This document shows positions 51,177 through 64,000 of a stretch of DNA of 64,000 nucleotides, piece by piece. Source of the stretch: Okamejei kenojei (lineage: Eukaryota). The notes beneath the pieces were generated by a model. That model worked only from the letters and a program-made list of their open reading frames with translations, ran no database searches and was not told the DNA's origin. The translations under genes were made by a program, and so were the position numbers. Where the stretch lies: contig CM069135.1 of NCBI GenBank assembly GCA_035221665.1, forward strand, positions 90,396,001 through 90,460,000, given 5' to 3'. Every line of letters starts with the position of its first letter. Positions within the stretch are counted from its first letter, which is position 1.

Positions 51177-54118
51177 CTCTCTCTTGAAAACATCCAGTGA
51201 ATTAGCCTCCATTGCTTTATGTGGCAGAGAATTCCACAGATTCACAACTCTCTGCGTGAAAAAGTTTTTCCTCATCTCAGTCCTAAAAGGCCTACCGCTT
51301 ATTCTTAAACTGTGACCCCTGGTTCTGGACTTCCCCTACATAGGGAACATTTTTCCAGCACCTAGCCTGTCCAATCCCTTAATGATTTTATATGTTTCTA
51401 TAAGATTCCCTCTCATCCTTCTAAATTCCAGTGAATACAAGCCCAGTCAACCCATTCTTTCATCATATGTTAGTCCCGCCATCCCGGGAATTAACCTGGT
51501 GAACCTATGCTGCACTCCCTCAACAGCAAGAATGTCCTTCTGCAAATTAGGAGACGAAAACGGCACACAATACTTCATGTGTGGTCTCATCAGGGCCCTG
51601 TATAAAGGCAGTAGAACTTCCTTGCTCCTAAACTCAAATCCTCTCGCAATGAAGGTCAACGTGCCATTAGCTTTCTTCACTGCATGCTTCCTTTCAGTGA
51701 GCGAAGTAGAAGGACACCCAGGTCTCATTCCACCTCCACTTTTCCTGATCTGACACCATTCGGTTAATAATTTGCCTTCCTGTTCTTGCCACCAAAGTTG
51801 ATAACCTCACATTTATCCACATCATTATACTGCATCTGCCATGCATCTGCCCACTCACCCAACCTATCCAAGTCACCCTGCAGCCTTATAGCATCCTCCT
51901 CGCAGCTCACACTGCCACCCAGCTTTGTGTCATCTGCAAACTTGGAGATGTTACATTTAATTCCCTCATCTAAATCGTTAATATATATTGAAAATAACTG
52001 GGGTCCCAGCACTGAGCCTTGCGGCACCCCAGTAATCACTGCCTGCCATTCTGGATGCTTTCAAGAGAGAGATAGATAGAGCTCTTAAAGATAGCGGTCG
52101 GAGGATATGGTGAAAAGGCAGGAACGGGTACTGATTGTGGATGATCAGCCATGATCACATTGAATGGCGGTGCTGGCTCGAAGGGCCGAATGGCCTACTC
52201 CTGCACCTATGGTCTATTATCTATTCTGAAAAGGACCCATTAATTCCTACTCTTTGCTTCCTGTCTGCCAACCAGTTCTCTATCCATGTCAATACCCTAC
52301 CCCCAATACCATGTGCGCTAATTATGCACACTAATCTCTTGTGTGCAAACTTGTCAAAGGCTTTTTGAAAGTCCAGGTACACCACATCCACTGGCTCTCC
52401 CTTATCCATTCTACTTGGTTACATCCTCAAAAAATTCCAAAAGATTAGTCAAGCATGGTAACATTTTTAATCTCTTTCCTCAACGGAGACTTTTTCCGTA
52501 TCGTATCTCCGTCCGCACTGCGGCCTAACAACGTGGAGCTGGCAGCCTCTTGCTGGGTTCAACTTCGGGAGCTCCAACGGTGGGAGCCTGCGGACTTAAC
52601 ATCATGGAGCTTGGGGTCCCTTCGGGAGCTCCAAGCCGCTGGAGCTTCGACTGCCCCGACGCGGGAGCTTCGATTGCCGGCTGCGGATGGTTCGACTGCC
52701 CCGACCACGGGAGAAAAGGAGGGAAGAAGATAAGTGTGCTGTGGTGGATGTTTATGTTAATTTTTATGTAGTTGTGTGTCTTGCTGCTTTTTAAGTATGA
52801 CTATGGCAAATCAAATTCCTTGTATGTTCTTACATACTTGGCTAATAAATTCTTTGTATCTTGTTGTATCTTAGTGAAGACAGAACCAAAGTTTAACTAT
52901 TTTCCCCATCTTAATTAACCCCTTTGTCCTCCTCTGTTGAATTCTAAATTTCTCCAAGTCCTCCGGTTTGCTGCTTCCTCTGGCCAATTTATATGCCTCG
53001 TCCTTGGATTTAACACTATTCTTAATTCCCCTCGTTAGCCACAGTTGAGCCACCTTCGCCATTTTATTTTTTCGCCAGACAGGGATGAACAAAATTTGTA
53101 GTTCATCCATGCGATCTTTAAATCTTTGCCATTGCATCTCCACCATCAACTCTTTAAGAAACATTTTCCAGTCTCTCCTAGCCAATTCCTAGCTCATACC
53201 ATCAAAGTCTCCTTTATTTACGTTCAGGACCCTAGTCTCTGAATTAACTGTGTCACTCTCCATTTTAATGCAGAATTCCACCGCATTATGGTTACTGTTG
53301 CCCAAGGGGCTTTGCACAAAAAGATTGCTAACTAATCCTTTTTCATTGAACAATATCCAGCCTAGGATGGTCCGCCCTCTAGTCGGTTCTTCTACATATT
53401 GGTTTAAAAAACCATCTCATATACATTCCGTGAAATCCTCCTCCTCAGCACTGTTACCAATTTGGTGGGCCCAATCTACATGTAGATTAAAGTACCCCAT
53501 AATAACTGCTGTACCTTTGCTACACGCATCCCTAATTTCCTGTTTGATGCTATCGCCAAACTCCCTAATGCAATTTGGTGGTCTGTATACAACTCCAACA
53601 AGCGTTTTCTGCAGTTGGCCATTTTGCAGTTCTACCCATACAGATTCTACAGCATCCAAGCTAATGTCTCTCCTTACTATTGCATTAATCTCCTCTTTAA
53701 CAGCAAGCCACCCATCTCCTCTTCCTTTCTATCTAAACTTCTTGAATATTGAGTATCCCTGCATTTTGAACTCCCAGCCTTAGTCACCCTGGAGCCATGT
53801 CTCCGTAATCCCAACTACATCATATCTGTTAACTACTAACTGCGCATTAAATTCATCCACATTACGAATGTTCCTCGCATTAAGGCACAAAGCATTCAGG
53901 TTTGTTTTTCTTTTCTCCCTTTTGCTTCTGTCCTCCTTTTATGGCCCTCCGTCTCCTTGCATTGGTTCCCATCCCCCTGTCCTCTTAGTTTAAACGTGAC
54001 CTTTCCAACACTCTCTTTCCTGTTAACTGCACACATAAGCTTCCTCATTGTTGACCCCACCGCCCCCACTATTTAGTTTAAACCCACCCATGCAGCACCA
54101 GCAAACCTGCCTGCCAGG
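51177..54118 (-). mobile_element. Long deleted CR1 LINE (ORF1 end, endonuclease, RT) with nested insertions
   Basis: ESVWVEL...VGVVYRPPN...VIMGYFN endonuclease; [29 protein letters not shown] motifs. Confidence 0.85.
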
Positions 54119-56442
54119 TATTGATGTTCAGTGTGGAAGGCCTGGGAACATCTGTCCTCCAGGCTAGAGCCTTTCACCAGCCCTCATCCCTCCTACTCCT
54201 CATTCAGCTTAGTTTGTTGTCACGTGTACCCGAGGTACAATGAAAAGCTTTTGTTACGTGCTACCCAGCTAGCAGCAAGACGATACATGATTACAATTGA
54301 GCCATTTACAGTGTATAGATATATAAGGGAATGACGTTTAGTGTAAGGTAAAGCCAGCAAAGTCCGATCAAGGATAGTCCAAGGGTCCAGACCTGTGGGC
54401 TTTCTCTGTTCCTTGTCATGTTAGGCGCAAAGGAGAATGGGCATCAAGGGGTCTATTTAAGTCAGGAAAAAGGGACGGCTAAAGGTCCAGCACAAGAATT
54501 CAGGGTCAACCGCAGCCCCAGCCCTCTTGGTACAATATGGAAAATATTACCTCCTCACTCAAATTAATAACCACAGTTCTTTCAAACTAAGTGACCAACT
54601 TAATCATAAACCAGGCAGCATCTACATGCCACTAAGCATACGTGCTCTGCTGCCAGAATATGAACGCAGTTAATCAGCTCCTGTGTTACGTTGCAGGTCA
54701 GTACTGACAACATTCCACAAGATCAAGAATACCACTATTGATATGAAGATGGAGGACAACATCCAGTTAACCCAAGCATCCTTAAGTCAACCAGAAGCTA
54801 CCAACCTGGAAATTATTTAATTCCGCACGGCACTTCATTAGCACTTTCTAACTAGTTTTTCTTCAAGACAGCAAGGGATTGGAATTCCCTAGCAGCCAGC
54901 ACCAGAGATCTCCAAAACATCAACACATACAAAGATGCACTCCAAAAGCATCTCCATCTCGACTCGCATGTCCACCACCATCATAGTGCTGAGTGATGCT
55001 CTACCTAGAGCTTTTCGGCGTACTACATCCAGATCCCGATCCACTAGCTCACTTGCTTGTTACACAGTGCTGAAATAGATCTGTGTTGGAAAGAACTGCA
55101 TATGCTGGTTTAAATCGAAGATAGACACAAAATGCTGGAGTAACTCAGCGCCACAGGCAGAGTGAAGGGTCTCGACCTGAAATGCCACCCATTCCTTGTC
55201 TCCAGCGATGCTGCCTGTCCCGCTGAGTTACTCCAGCATTTTGTGTCTATCTTCGCTGAAATAGATCTCATGACTATTCTTGAATGGATGGCTGCAGACT
55301 CCATGTGAAAGCACTTTGTACAGTAGGAGATGGACTAGCCCCAATTACAGTATTAATTATTGAACTTTGTTTCATCAAATCACTAAATTTGCTCCATAAT
55401 AATCTATTTAAAACACAGTACAGCACAAGATCATTGACAGCACATCAGGCTTCCTTTAAAACTGGTACGAATGACGTCTTACATTTGTTGATGGTCATTC
55501 AGGGAATTAGTCGGATAGAATATTTGTACTTTACTCCTGTGTTTTGCTATCTCTGCAATTTAATAGGCTCCACTGAAGCTTGGTACAAACATGCTGATTT
55601 ATACTTTCCCAATGAGTGGGAGGCATGGCACTGGGAACATATGGAGGGGTGTTATCTAAATTTATCTAAATGACATTGCTATTTAAAACAAAAAACAGTG
55701 ACTTTTCAGAACATGCAGAGCGCCCTTGTACATTGTGTAACTTATTAAACCAATTTATGATCCTCCCAGTTTTAAACAAAAAAAATATATGGAGAATGAA
55801 GATTAAAATGATAGGAGCACTCGCAGATTTTTGAGGGGAGATCGGAGCTGGGAAGGCCTGACAGAAGAACCTCTGAGTTGGGAGGGCTTTGAGGGGCAGA
55901 TATCTGGCAGGGCCATCAAGAGACTGGGAGGGGAGGATTGTGGTTTGGAGGGGAGGGGGTGAAGTTAAGAGTCAGGTAAGGACCAGATGTTAAAGACCCT
56001 GAGATCCAAAAGGACTGAAATGCGAGGTGGCAGTCTCAAACATGGTCTGATTTTAACATTATTTAATATTACTTTTTCAGTAGGAGGATCGAGGCTGGGT
56101 CAAGGATCAGAGCAAGAGAAGAAAATCAGCAATTAAAATACAGTAAAACACATTTGAAGCAATGTGATGTGGGCTGGTTTCAGTCAGCTGAGCTGAGGGG
56201 CAGAGCAGACAGAAACACAAGGAGTTTATTTTCTTTCATTGACCTGGATTGTTTCCGTTTCTTTGCCGCACTCAGGAGACTGAGTGATGCAGCTGTAGTG
56301 GAGATGCTGGAAAATCTATCACAACATGCCAGGCATAGTCAGTAAGAGGCAGGCTTGAGGGGCAGCTGCATGTTTTCTGCAAGGCAATTTCTCTTGCTCA
56401 TCAACATTCATCAGCAGCTGCAACTGTTCCTCTTGAGCACAG

Positions 56443-56738
56443 AGCGGCACAGTGGCACACTGGTAGAGCCGCTGTCTCTCAGCGCCGGAGACCCGGGTTT
56501 GATCCTGACCTCGGGTACTGTCTGAGTGGAGTTGGCACGTTCTCCCTCTAACCTCATGGGTATCCTTTGGGTGCTCCTTTTTCCTGCCATGTCCCAAAGA
56601 TGTGAGAATTTGTTGGTCTCTCTACATTGCCTCTGGTGTGCAGGATGTAGACGCAAACAGTGAGATAATAGAGCAGATGATGTATAGTCAGTGTGGACTA
56701 GAGGCTTGTTTCTATGCTGCATCTCTAAACCAAACTAA
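56443..56738 (+). mobile_element. HE1-like V-SINE
   Basis: gcggcacagtggcacactggtagag head; ctaaaccaaactaa tail. Confidence 0.75.
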
Positions 56739-57301
56739 GAGCAGGACATAACAGAATACGCTCAGGTTATGGAGACACAAGGAAATGCAGATGTTGGAAT
56801 TTTAAGGAAAACATAAAGTAATGCGTGGAACATCTTCCACGGACCCTTTGAGTTACACCAGCACTGTGTGCTCTTTGTATACCATTGTCAGCATTCATTT
56901 TTAGCAAACATCGACTAAAAGGAATTATTATGAACTCTTTCAGTTGGATACATTATATTGGGGAATAAAGAAATGAAAGAGAAATCAAACAAAATAGAGT
57001 CATCCTTCACTGATGAAGACACAGAAACTATTCCAGAAATAGTCAAGAATAACAGGTTAATGTGAATGAGAACTGAGAGAAATTAGCCTCAGTAAGAATT
57101 GGTATTATCAGCCTTTGAGATCAAAAATTGATGCATCCTCAGTATGGAATGACCTTCATTGCAAGGGTTTGAAGGTGGTGGCTAAAGAGTCAGTGGATGC
57201 AATACTATTCATCTTCCAAATGTCCATGGATTCCAGAACCATTCCCACAGACTGGAAGTTAAAAAATATAACCATACTATTTAAGATAAAAGGTTACCTT
57301 A

Positions 57302-58301
57302 ACGGCCTGTCCAACTTTCACAAGTGGACTTTCATAAGCTGGCCTGCAGTCCGTTTGTCTTTTCTTTTTTTTTGTTTTCTTTTGTCCTGTTGTTTCAGTT
57401 TATTTTAGTTGTGTATGTGTGGGGGGAGGGTGGGAGAAACTTGTTTTTAGTCTCTTCCTTCAGGGGGGATGCGACCTTTTCTTGTCGTATCTCCCGTCTC
57501 TATCTCCGTCTGCGCTGAGGCACAATGGCGGAGCTGGCGGCCTCTAACTGGGACCGACCTCGAGGCTCCGGAGGCAAAGCCAGGACTTCCCAACGCAGGG
57601 CTGGTCGACTTCGGGGCTGTGGTGGCGTTGTGGAGGTGGCGACCCGACTTTGGAGCCTCGGAGGCTCGGCCGTGGCCCAGTGGACGACTACGTCGGGAGC
57701 TCGCAGATCCCAGGTTGGTGACCGGTTCTCCGGAGCTCCCGCGGCAACAGCTTCATCCGCTGGACTGGAGGGTGGCAGCTTCGTCCGCCCCGGGCCGTGG
57801 AGTTTGAACCAGCCCGTTCGCGGAGCTCGGATTCGGCCGCGGGACTTACCATCACCCGGCGGGATCACAACACCAGAAGCCTGGATCGCCTCAACGCAGA
57901 GGGCGAATAAGGAGGGAAGAGACAAGGACTTTAAGACTTTTGCCTTCCATCACAGTGAGGAGGGCCTGGTAGACTCACTGTGGTGAATGTTAAATCTGTG
58001 TTTATTGGGTGTTTTGTTATTTTATTCTATGTTATGACTGCAAGGCACGAAAACTGAAAAGTCTGAATGACAATAAAGGATACTTTACTTTTTTTTACTT
58101 TATTCCTGACCTTTTTTACTTGTGGACATTTTTCATCATGTTGAAAAAACGCCCTGACCTACTTGATGCCACGAGTACCTACGACTAGCATCACGGCCTG
58201 CTACGACGTCCTACAACCTCGTGACGACCATGCTGCGAGTATGAGTCAAGGGCAAACTCGGCAGAGGTCGTGAATTAGGTCGTAAAAGTGGGACAGGCCC
58301 T
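57302..58301. mobile_element. PIF/Harbinger MITE split by a GC-rich retroposon (~57330-58110)
   Basis: TIRs acggcctgtccaactt / aagtgggacaggccct; 3-bp TSD TTA on both sides. Confidence 0.75.
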
Positions 58302-61231
58302 TTAATATCAGAAATAGAAGTGCCTGAAATTGGTGCATTTGGCATTTCAAAATGCCTTCAATAATGGGTCACAAAAGACGTTAACATAACAATTAATTGG
58401 GATTGGGAATATTGCACCTGCCTATATGAAGGAATATGGGACATTTTCAGGTTGGGATGCTAAGACCAGTGAGTCACTGCTGGACCCAACCTGGTCTCAA
58501 TCCATATTGATGATTTGGTGTGGGAATCAAGTGCCATATATCCATGTTTTCTCAATACAAAAATGGGTGAGAATGTGCATTATGCAGGGGATCTAGAGAA
58601 TCTTCAGAGACTATAGAGACCTAAGTGAGTTGACAAATACACCTATGCATGGTAATGATCTAAACATTAAAGAACTTTACATCTCCTTGAGATGATCATA
58701 GACCAATTCACTAATGCAGGAGGATGAACTATTTGACAGATTTGCAGTAATGAAACAAGATTAAGGTAAAGCTAATGCAATCAAATGGTGGTGATGGTGG
58801 AGGGGAATGTGGAATTGATATTACAAGTGAGCATTCAGGGCAAACAACCTATTTGTAAAAGGGAATGGTCCAATTTTGCCTGTACCAAAATCCATTTGCC
58901 ACGATTTTGCCAATACTTCAATCCATTTATAACCTATTTTCATTTACTGCTTCCATGTACACTGCTCACAATGTTGCCTGTGTATGCATCATTGCCCGAC
59001 TCACCTATGTGGCTTTACATTCTACTGTGAGTAGCCAAGGGGCCAATATAAATCCTTGTGAGACATTGTCAAATGCTTCCAGTTATCCCTCATCAGTCTC
59101 TTGCTGCTCAGTTCCCTAACCAGGTCAATAATTTCACTGTGTTCCATGAACACCAAATTTAGACAAAACACTAAACTCTGGGGGAATTTATCAAAAGCTG
59201 TCCGTGGCTTGGTAAATCCCACTGTACGTAATTTTTTTTTAATTTAAATGAACCCATTTTGTCAAGTATGATTTATACTCTGATCAGCTAGAAGCCTTTA
59301 GATATTCGTCACTATTTTTAATTGTAGACCTGAATAACTTTCAACAACATCTTGTCTATGATAATCCCCTCGTCTTTTTTAAATAGTGGACCAAAATGAC
59401 AATTTTTCAATTAGAACATTGAACAAGTACATGGATAGTCGAGGTTTAGAACGATATAGGAAAAAACACAGGCACATGGGACTAGTGTAGATGGAGCATG
59501 TTGGTTGGCGTGGGCAAGTTGAGCCGAATGGCCTGTTCCCATATTGTATGATTCTAGGTCACTAATTACAGGACAGGAACAGGTCCTTCAGCCCACGATG
59601 CTTGTGCCCACCATGATGCCAACGTTAACCAATTCCATCTGCCTTCACATGGTCTGCAGTTCTCCATTCTCTGCTTGCTCAAGTGCTGTCTATATGCCTC
59701 CTATCCGTTGCCATTGTATCTGCTTCCACCATCTCCCCAGGCAACACATTTTAGGCACCAAACACGCTCCGCGAAAATCTGCCTCAGACATTTCCTTTCA
59801 TCTTTCCCCCCTCTTATTTGACATTTCCCACCTGGAACAAACAATTGACTATCTAACCTATCTATGCCTTTCATAAGTTTGTATATTTCTATCAGGTCAC
59901 CCCTCTCCCCCCACCCAACTACAGAACCTGGTGCTCCACAGAAAGCAATTCAAGTTTGTCCAACTTCTCCTTGCAGCTAATACTCTCTAATTCAGGCACA
60001 TGTTGGTGAATCTCACTCTTTTGAGGAACTCTCACCCAATGGCGACATTAATTTCTTCTTTCCTAATTGTTTGCTTATCTTATACTTATAATAGTGCACA
60101 TTTGGCCCATTGAGTCTGAGCAGGCTCATTTAGCCCATACTCACTCTCTTTATTTCCTGGTATGACTGTGTCTTAGTGTTTCTCATACCGACCCATCAAC
60201 TCCTCTTTGTTTATGTTGCCATTAATCTATATTAGGGAATAATTTCCAGTTGCCAGTTAAATTATCAGTATGTTTTTGAGATGCAGATGGAAACTGAAGC
60301 AACCAGCTGTTTTTGTTTCTCTGGCAAACTTCTACTCCTGCCCTTTTGGGATTAACTGATTGTGTAATACTTTAATATATATATATATTTTTTTTAACAT
60401 CTTCCACTGGTCTTTACCCATTAAGAAGATTTGTCCAATTTAATATGAGACAGTATCTGTATTTCTACTCATCAGCCTTTCCTAAGCCTACAATTTTATT
60501 TGCAATTTCATGTTTCTCTCTCTCTCTCTCTCAAACATTATGTGCACTATAATAGAGCAAATCAGTTAGTTTATGGCATACCACCACCAATTGAGCATTG
60601 ATTCCATGGTAGGGGAATCAAAGACCAGAGGCTTAAAGCGAGAGGGGAAAGAGTTAATGGGAACTTGTGGGACAACTTTTTCACATAGAGGTGGGTGGGG
60701 GGGGGGGGGGGGGGGGGAGATATATGGAACAAGCTGGCAGGGGAAGTAATTGAGGCAAGTACAATATCATTTGAATGACATTTAGATAGCTACATGAATC
60801 GGAAAGGTTTAGATGGATTATGGGCCAAACATGAGTAAATGTGATTAGTTTGGATCGGACATCTTGGTCGGCATGGACAGGCTGGGCCAAAGGGCCTGAT
60901 TCCATGCTATATGACTAAATCTCTTCAGTAGACAAGAATATTTTGAAAATTGCCTTAGGTAGCAAAGGTTGTTGCTTGAATCACAACTCTTGAACTTAAA
61001 ACAATCATGGATTTCAGTATTTGCAAAAGGCATCTGACGACAGCTTTACCTTTATCCTGTGAAATTTAGGAGACAGCAAATAAGTAAACTTAATTTCCAT
61101 TATATTTATATTTATGCTTTCACAGGATGTAGACATCTCTGGCAATACTAACATTAATTATTGATCCCAAATTGTCCTAACCAGTGGAGGCAATTAAACA
61201 TCAATCACATTGGTGGGTTTACAGTCATATA

Positions 61232-62817
61232 CAGTGGCTTGCAAGAGTTTTCATACCCTTTGAACTTTTCCACATTTTGTCACATTACAACCACAAACGT
61301 AAATGTATTTTATTGGGATTTTATGTGATAGACCAAGTCAAAATGGTGCATAATTGTGAAGTGGAAGGAAAATGTTACACGGTTTCAAAATTGTATTACA
61401 AATAAAAAACTGAAAAGTGTGGCATGCAAAGGTATTCTGCCCCCCTGATTCAATACTTTGTAGAACCACCTTGCGCTGCAATTACAGCTGCAAGTCCTTT
61501 GGGGTAAGTCTCTACCAGCTTTGCACATCTAGAGACTGACATTTTTGACCATTCTTCTTTGCAAAATAGCTTAAGCTCAGTCAGATTGGATGGAGAGTGT
61601 CTGTGAACAGCAATTTGCAAGTCTTGCCAGAGATTCTCAATTGGATTTAGGTCTGGACTTTGACTGGGCCATTCTAACACATGAATATGCTTTGATCTAA
61701 ACCCATTGTAGCTCTGGCTGTATGTTTAGGGTCGTTGTCTGCTGAAAGGTGAACCTCCGCCCCAGTCTCAAGTCTTTTGCAGACTCTAACAGGTTTTCTT
61801 CCAAGTTTGCCCTGTATTTGGCTCCATCCCTCTTCCCATCAACTCTGACCAGCTTCCCTGTCCCTGCTGAAGAAAAGCATCCCCACAGCATGATGCTGCC
61901 ACCACCATGTTTCCACAGTGGGGATGGTGTGTTCAGGGTGATGTGCAGTGTTAGTTTTCCGCCACACATAGCGTTTTGCATTTAGGCCAAAAACCTCCAT
62001 TTTGGTCTCATCAGACCAGAGCACCTTCCTCCACATGTTTGCTGTGTCCCCCACATGGCTTGTGGCAAACTGCAAACGGGACTTCTTATGGCTTTGTTTC
62101 AACAATGGCTTTCTTCTTGCCACTCTTCCATAAAGGTCCGATTTGTGGAGTGCACACTAATAGTTGTCCTGTGGACAGATTCTCCCACCTGAGCTGTGGA
62201 TCTCTGCAGCTCCTCCAGAGTTACCATGGGCCTCTTGGCTGCTTCTCTGATCAATGTTCTCCTTGCTCGGCCTGTCAGTTTAGGTGGACAGCCATGTCTT
62301 GGTAGGTTTGCAGTTGTGCCATACTCTTTCCATTTTCGGATGATGGATTAAATAGTGCTCCTTGAGATGTTCAAAGCTTGGGATTTTTTTTATAACCTAA
62401 CCCTGCTTTAAACTTCTCCACAACTTTATCCCTGACCTGTCTGGTGTGTTCCTTGGGCTTCATGACGCTGTTTGTTCACTAATGTTCTCTAACAAACCTC
62501 TGAGGCCTTCACAGAACAGCTGTAGATTACACACAAGTGGACTCTATTTACTAATTAGGTGACTTCTGAAGGCAATTGGTTGCACTGGATTTTATTTAGG
62601 GGTATCAGAGTAAAGGGGGCTGAATACTTTTGCACGCCACACTTTTCAGTTTTTTATTTGTAAAAAAATGTGAAAATTTTCCTTCCACTTCACAATTATG
62701 CGCCACTTTGTGTTGGTCTATCACATAAAATCCCAATAAAATACATTTACTTTTGTGATTGTAACGTGACAAAATGTGGAAAAGTTCAAGGGGTATGAAA
62801 ACTTTTGCAAGCCACTG
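61232..62817 (-). mobile_element. Full-length Tc1 transposon (Passport-like), 1586 bp
   Basis: ~200-bp IR/DR-type TIRs cagtggcttgcaa...ttgcaagccactg; TA TSD on both sides. Confidence 0.95.
61450..62463 (-). pseudogene. Frameshifted DD34E Tc1 transposase
   Basis: MKPKEHTRQVRDKVVEKFKAGLGYKK...WSDETK...QQ(frameshift)...WPSQSPDLNPIENLW...AQGGSTKY*; split across several ORFs. Confidence 0.92.
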
Positions 62818-64000
62818 TATAGGGCAGGCTAGGTAACAATAGCAAATTCCTTTCTCTTATGCACATTACTTAATCAGAAGAATTTTACAATAATTCTGCA
62901 GTTTAATTCTAGATTATTTAATTACTTGAATTTCAATTTAATGTAAATTAAATATAAATTAAAAGGGTGTCAAAAATTATGGTGAATGGGATTGAGAGGG
63001 AAAAATAGATCAGCCATGATCGAATGGCGGAGCAGACTCGATGGCCCTATGACCTAATTCTGAGCTGATTTACCTAATTCTGTTCCTATGTCTTATGATC
63101 TTAAATTTCCCAACTATCGCAGGTACTATCGCAACTTTTAAGAAACATATAGACAGGTAGATGGATAGGATAAGTTTAGAGGGATATGGGCCAAACGAAG
63201 GCAGGTGGGACAAGTGTAGATGGGACATGCTGGTCGGCGTGGAAAAGTTGGGCTGTAGAGTTGATTCCACGCCGTATGACTCTATTACTATTATTATGTG
63301 GTCATAAGAAGTCTATTTGGTTCAATTTCAGAGGACTTTGCTGTTGGTCCAGTAACTTAACCACCATAGCACTGTGTCTGAGGTTATAATGCAGCAAATA
63401 AATGGAGCAACCTTGACCACAGAACTATTTATGGTGTTTAGCTGTACAATTTCTTTCACTTGGCCTTGCTTTCACTGTGTTCCAAATCAAAGGACCGATG
63501 TAACAAAATTGTATTGTGCAAGAACAATGCTCTGCATCTGTAATGCAAAGTAGAGGAAGACCCATGCAGAACATCAGACAATCAGGAAAGAAAGATGTGG
63601 CTGTTATTTGGGACAGATCAGGCACAATCTGGTTTAAATGTTAAAGGCTTTTCACTATCATTTCATATGGTGAATAATTGAAATCTGTACATCATCCACT
63701 CTTTCTTTCAGAATTAACATCAACTCTGATTTTATTTTAATTAATGTGCATAGAACTGTTATATTTTACAACACAAAAAATATCAAGATTTTATTTTCTA
63801 GAAATATACTTGTGCTTCTGAAATTTAGTTTCAGGCAATTTTTTGAATGGTTGTTCTAATGACCATTTCTGAATACAAAATGACTTTTGACCAGCTCACT
63901 AGTCCTGAAATTATTTTTGCAATAATCCTAGGTCCTGAAGCATTAAGATCTCTGAAGATAAACTCTGGACAAAAAAATGTAAAATAAAGAGCAGTGGGAA

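Overview
This is eukaryotic DNA, most likely from a cartilaginous fish (skate/ray); that assignment is inferred from HE1-type V-SINEs, HER1/CR1 LINEs and Penelope-derived palindromes. The window lies inside a minus-strand FAXC (metaxin-like GST-fold) gene. Three internal coding exons with canonical AG/GT sites and compatible phases are visible (41433-41629, 23656-23873, 14081-14197); the first two exons and the last exon were not found and probably lie outside the window. The introns are packed with nested transposons: CR1, RTE, RTE-X, HERO, Penelope, two Gypsy LTR elements, hAT/Harbinger MITEs and a Passport-type Tc1. The most striking object is a 4.65-kb TIR element (4465-9110; perfect 13-bp TIRs, 7-bp target duplication, P-superfamily-like) that splits a CR1. 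It carries an intact TDP2-like first exon (Kozak ATG, UBA-like domain, GTAAGT donor) plus intron-like DNA, and the element's own right arm is homologous to the 5' half of that exon. Other observations: an inverted repeat bracketing FAXC exon 5, minimal hammerhead ribozyme motifs, a locally templated insertion, and a minisatellite whose two-unit seed is visible. All family assignments rest on recalled motifs, not database searches, and repeat boundaries without TSDs are approximate.
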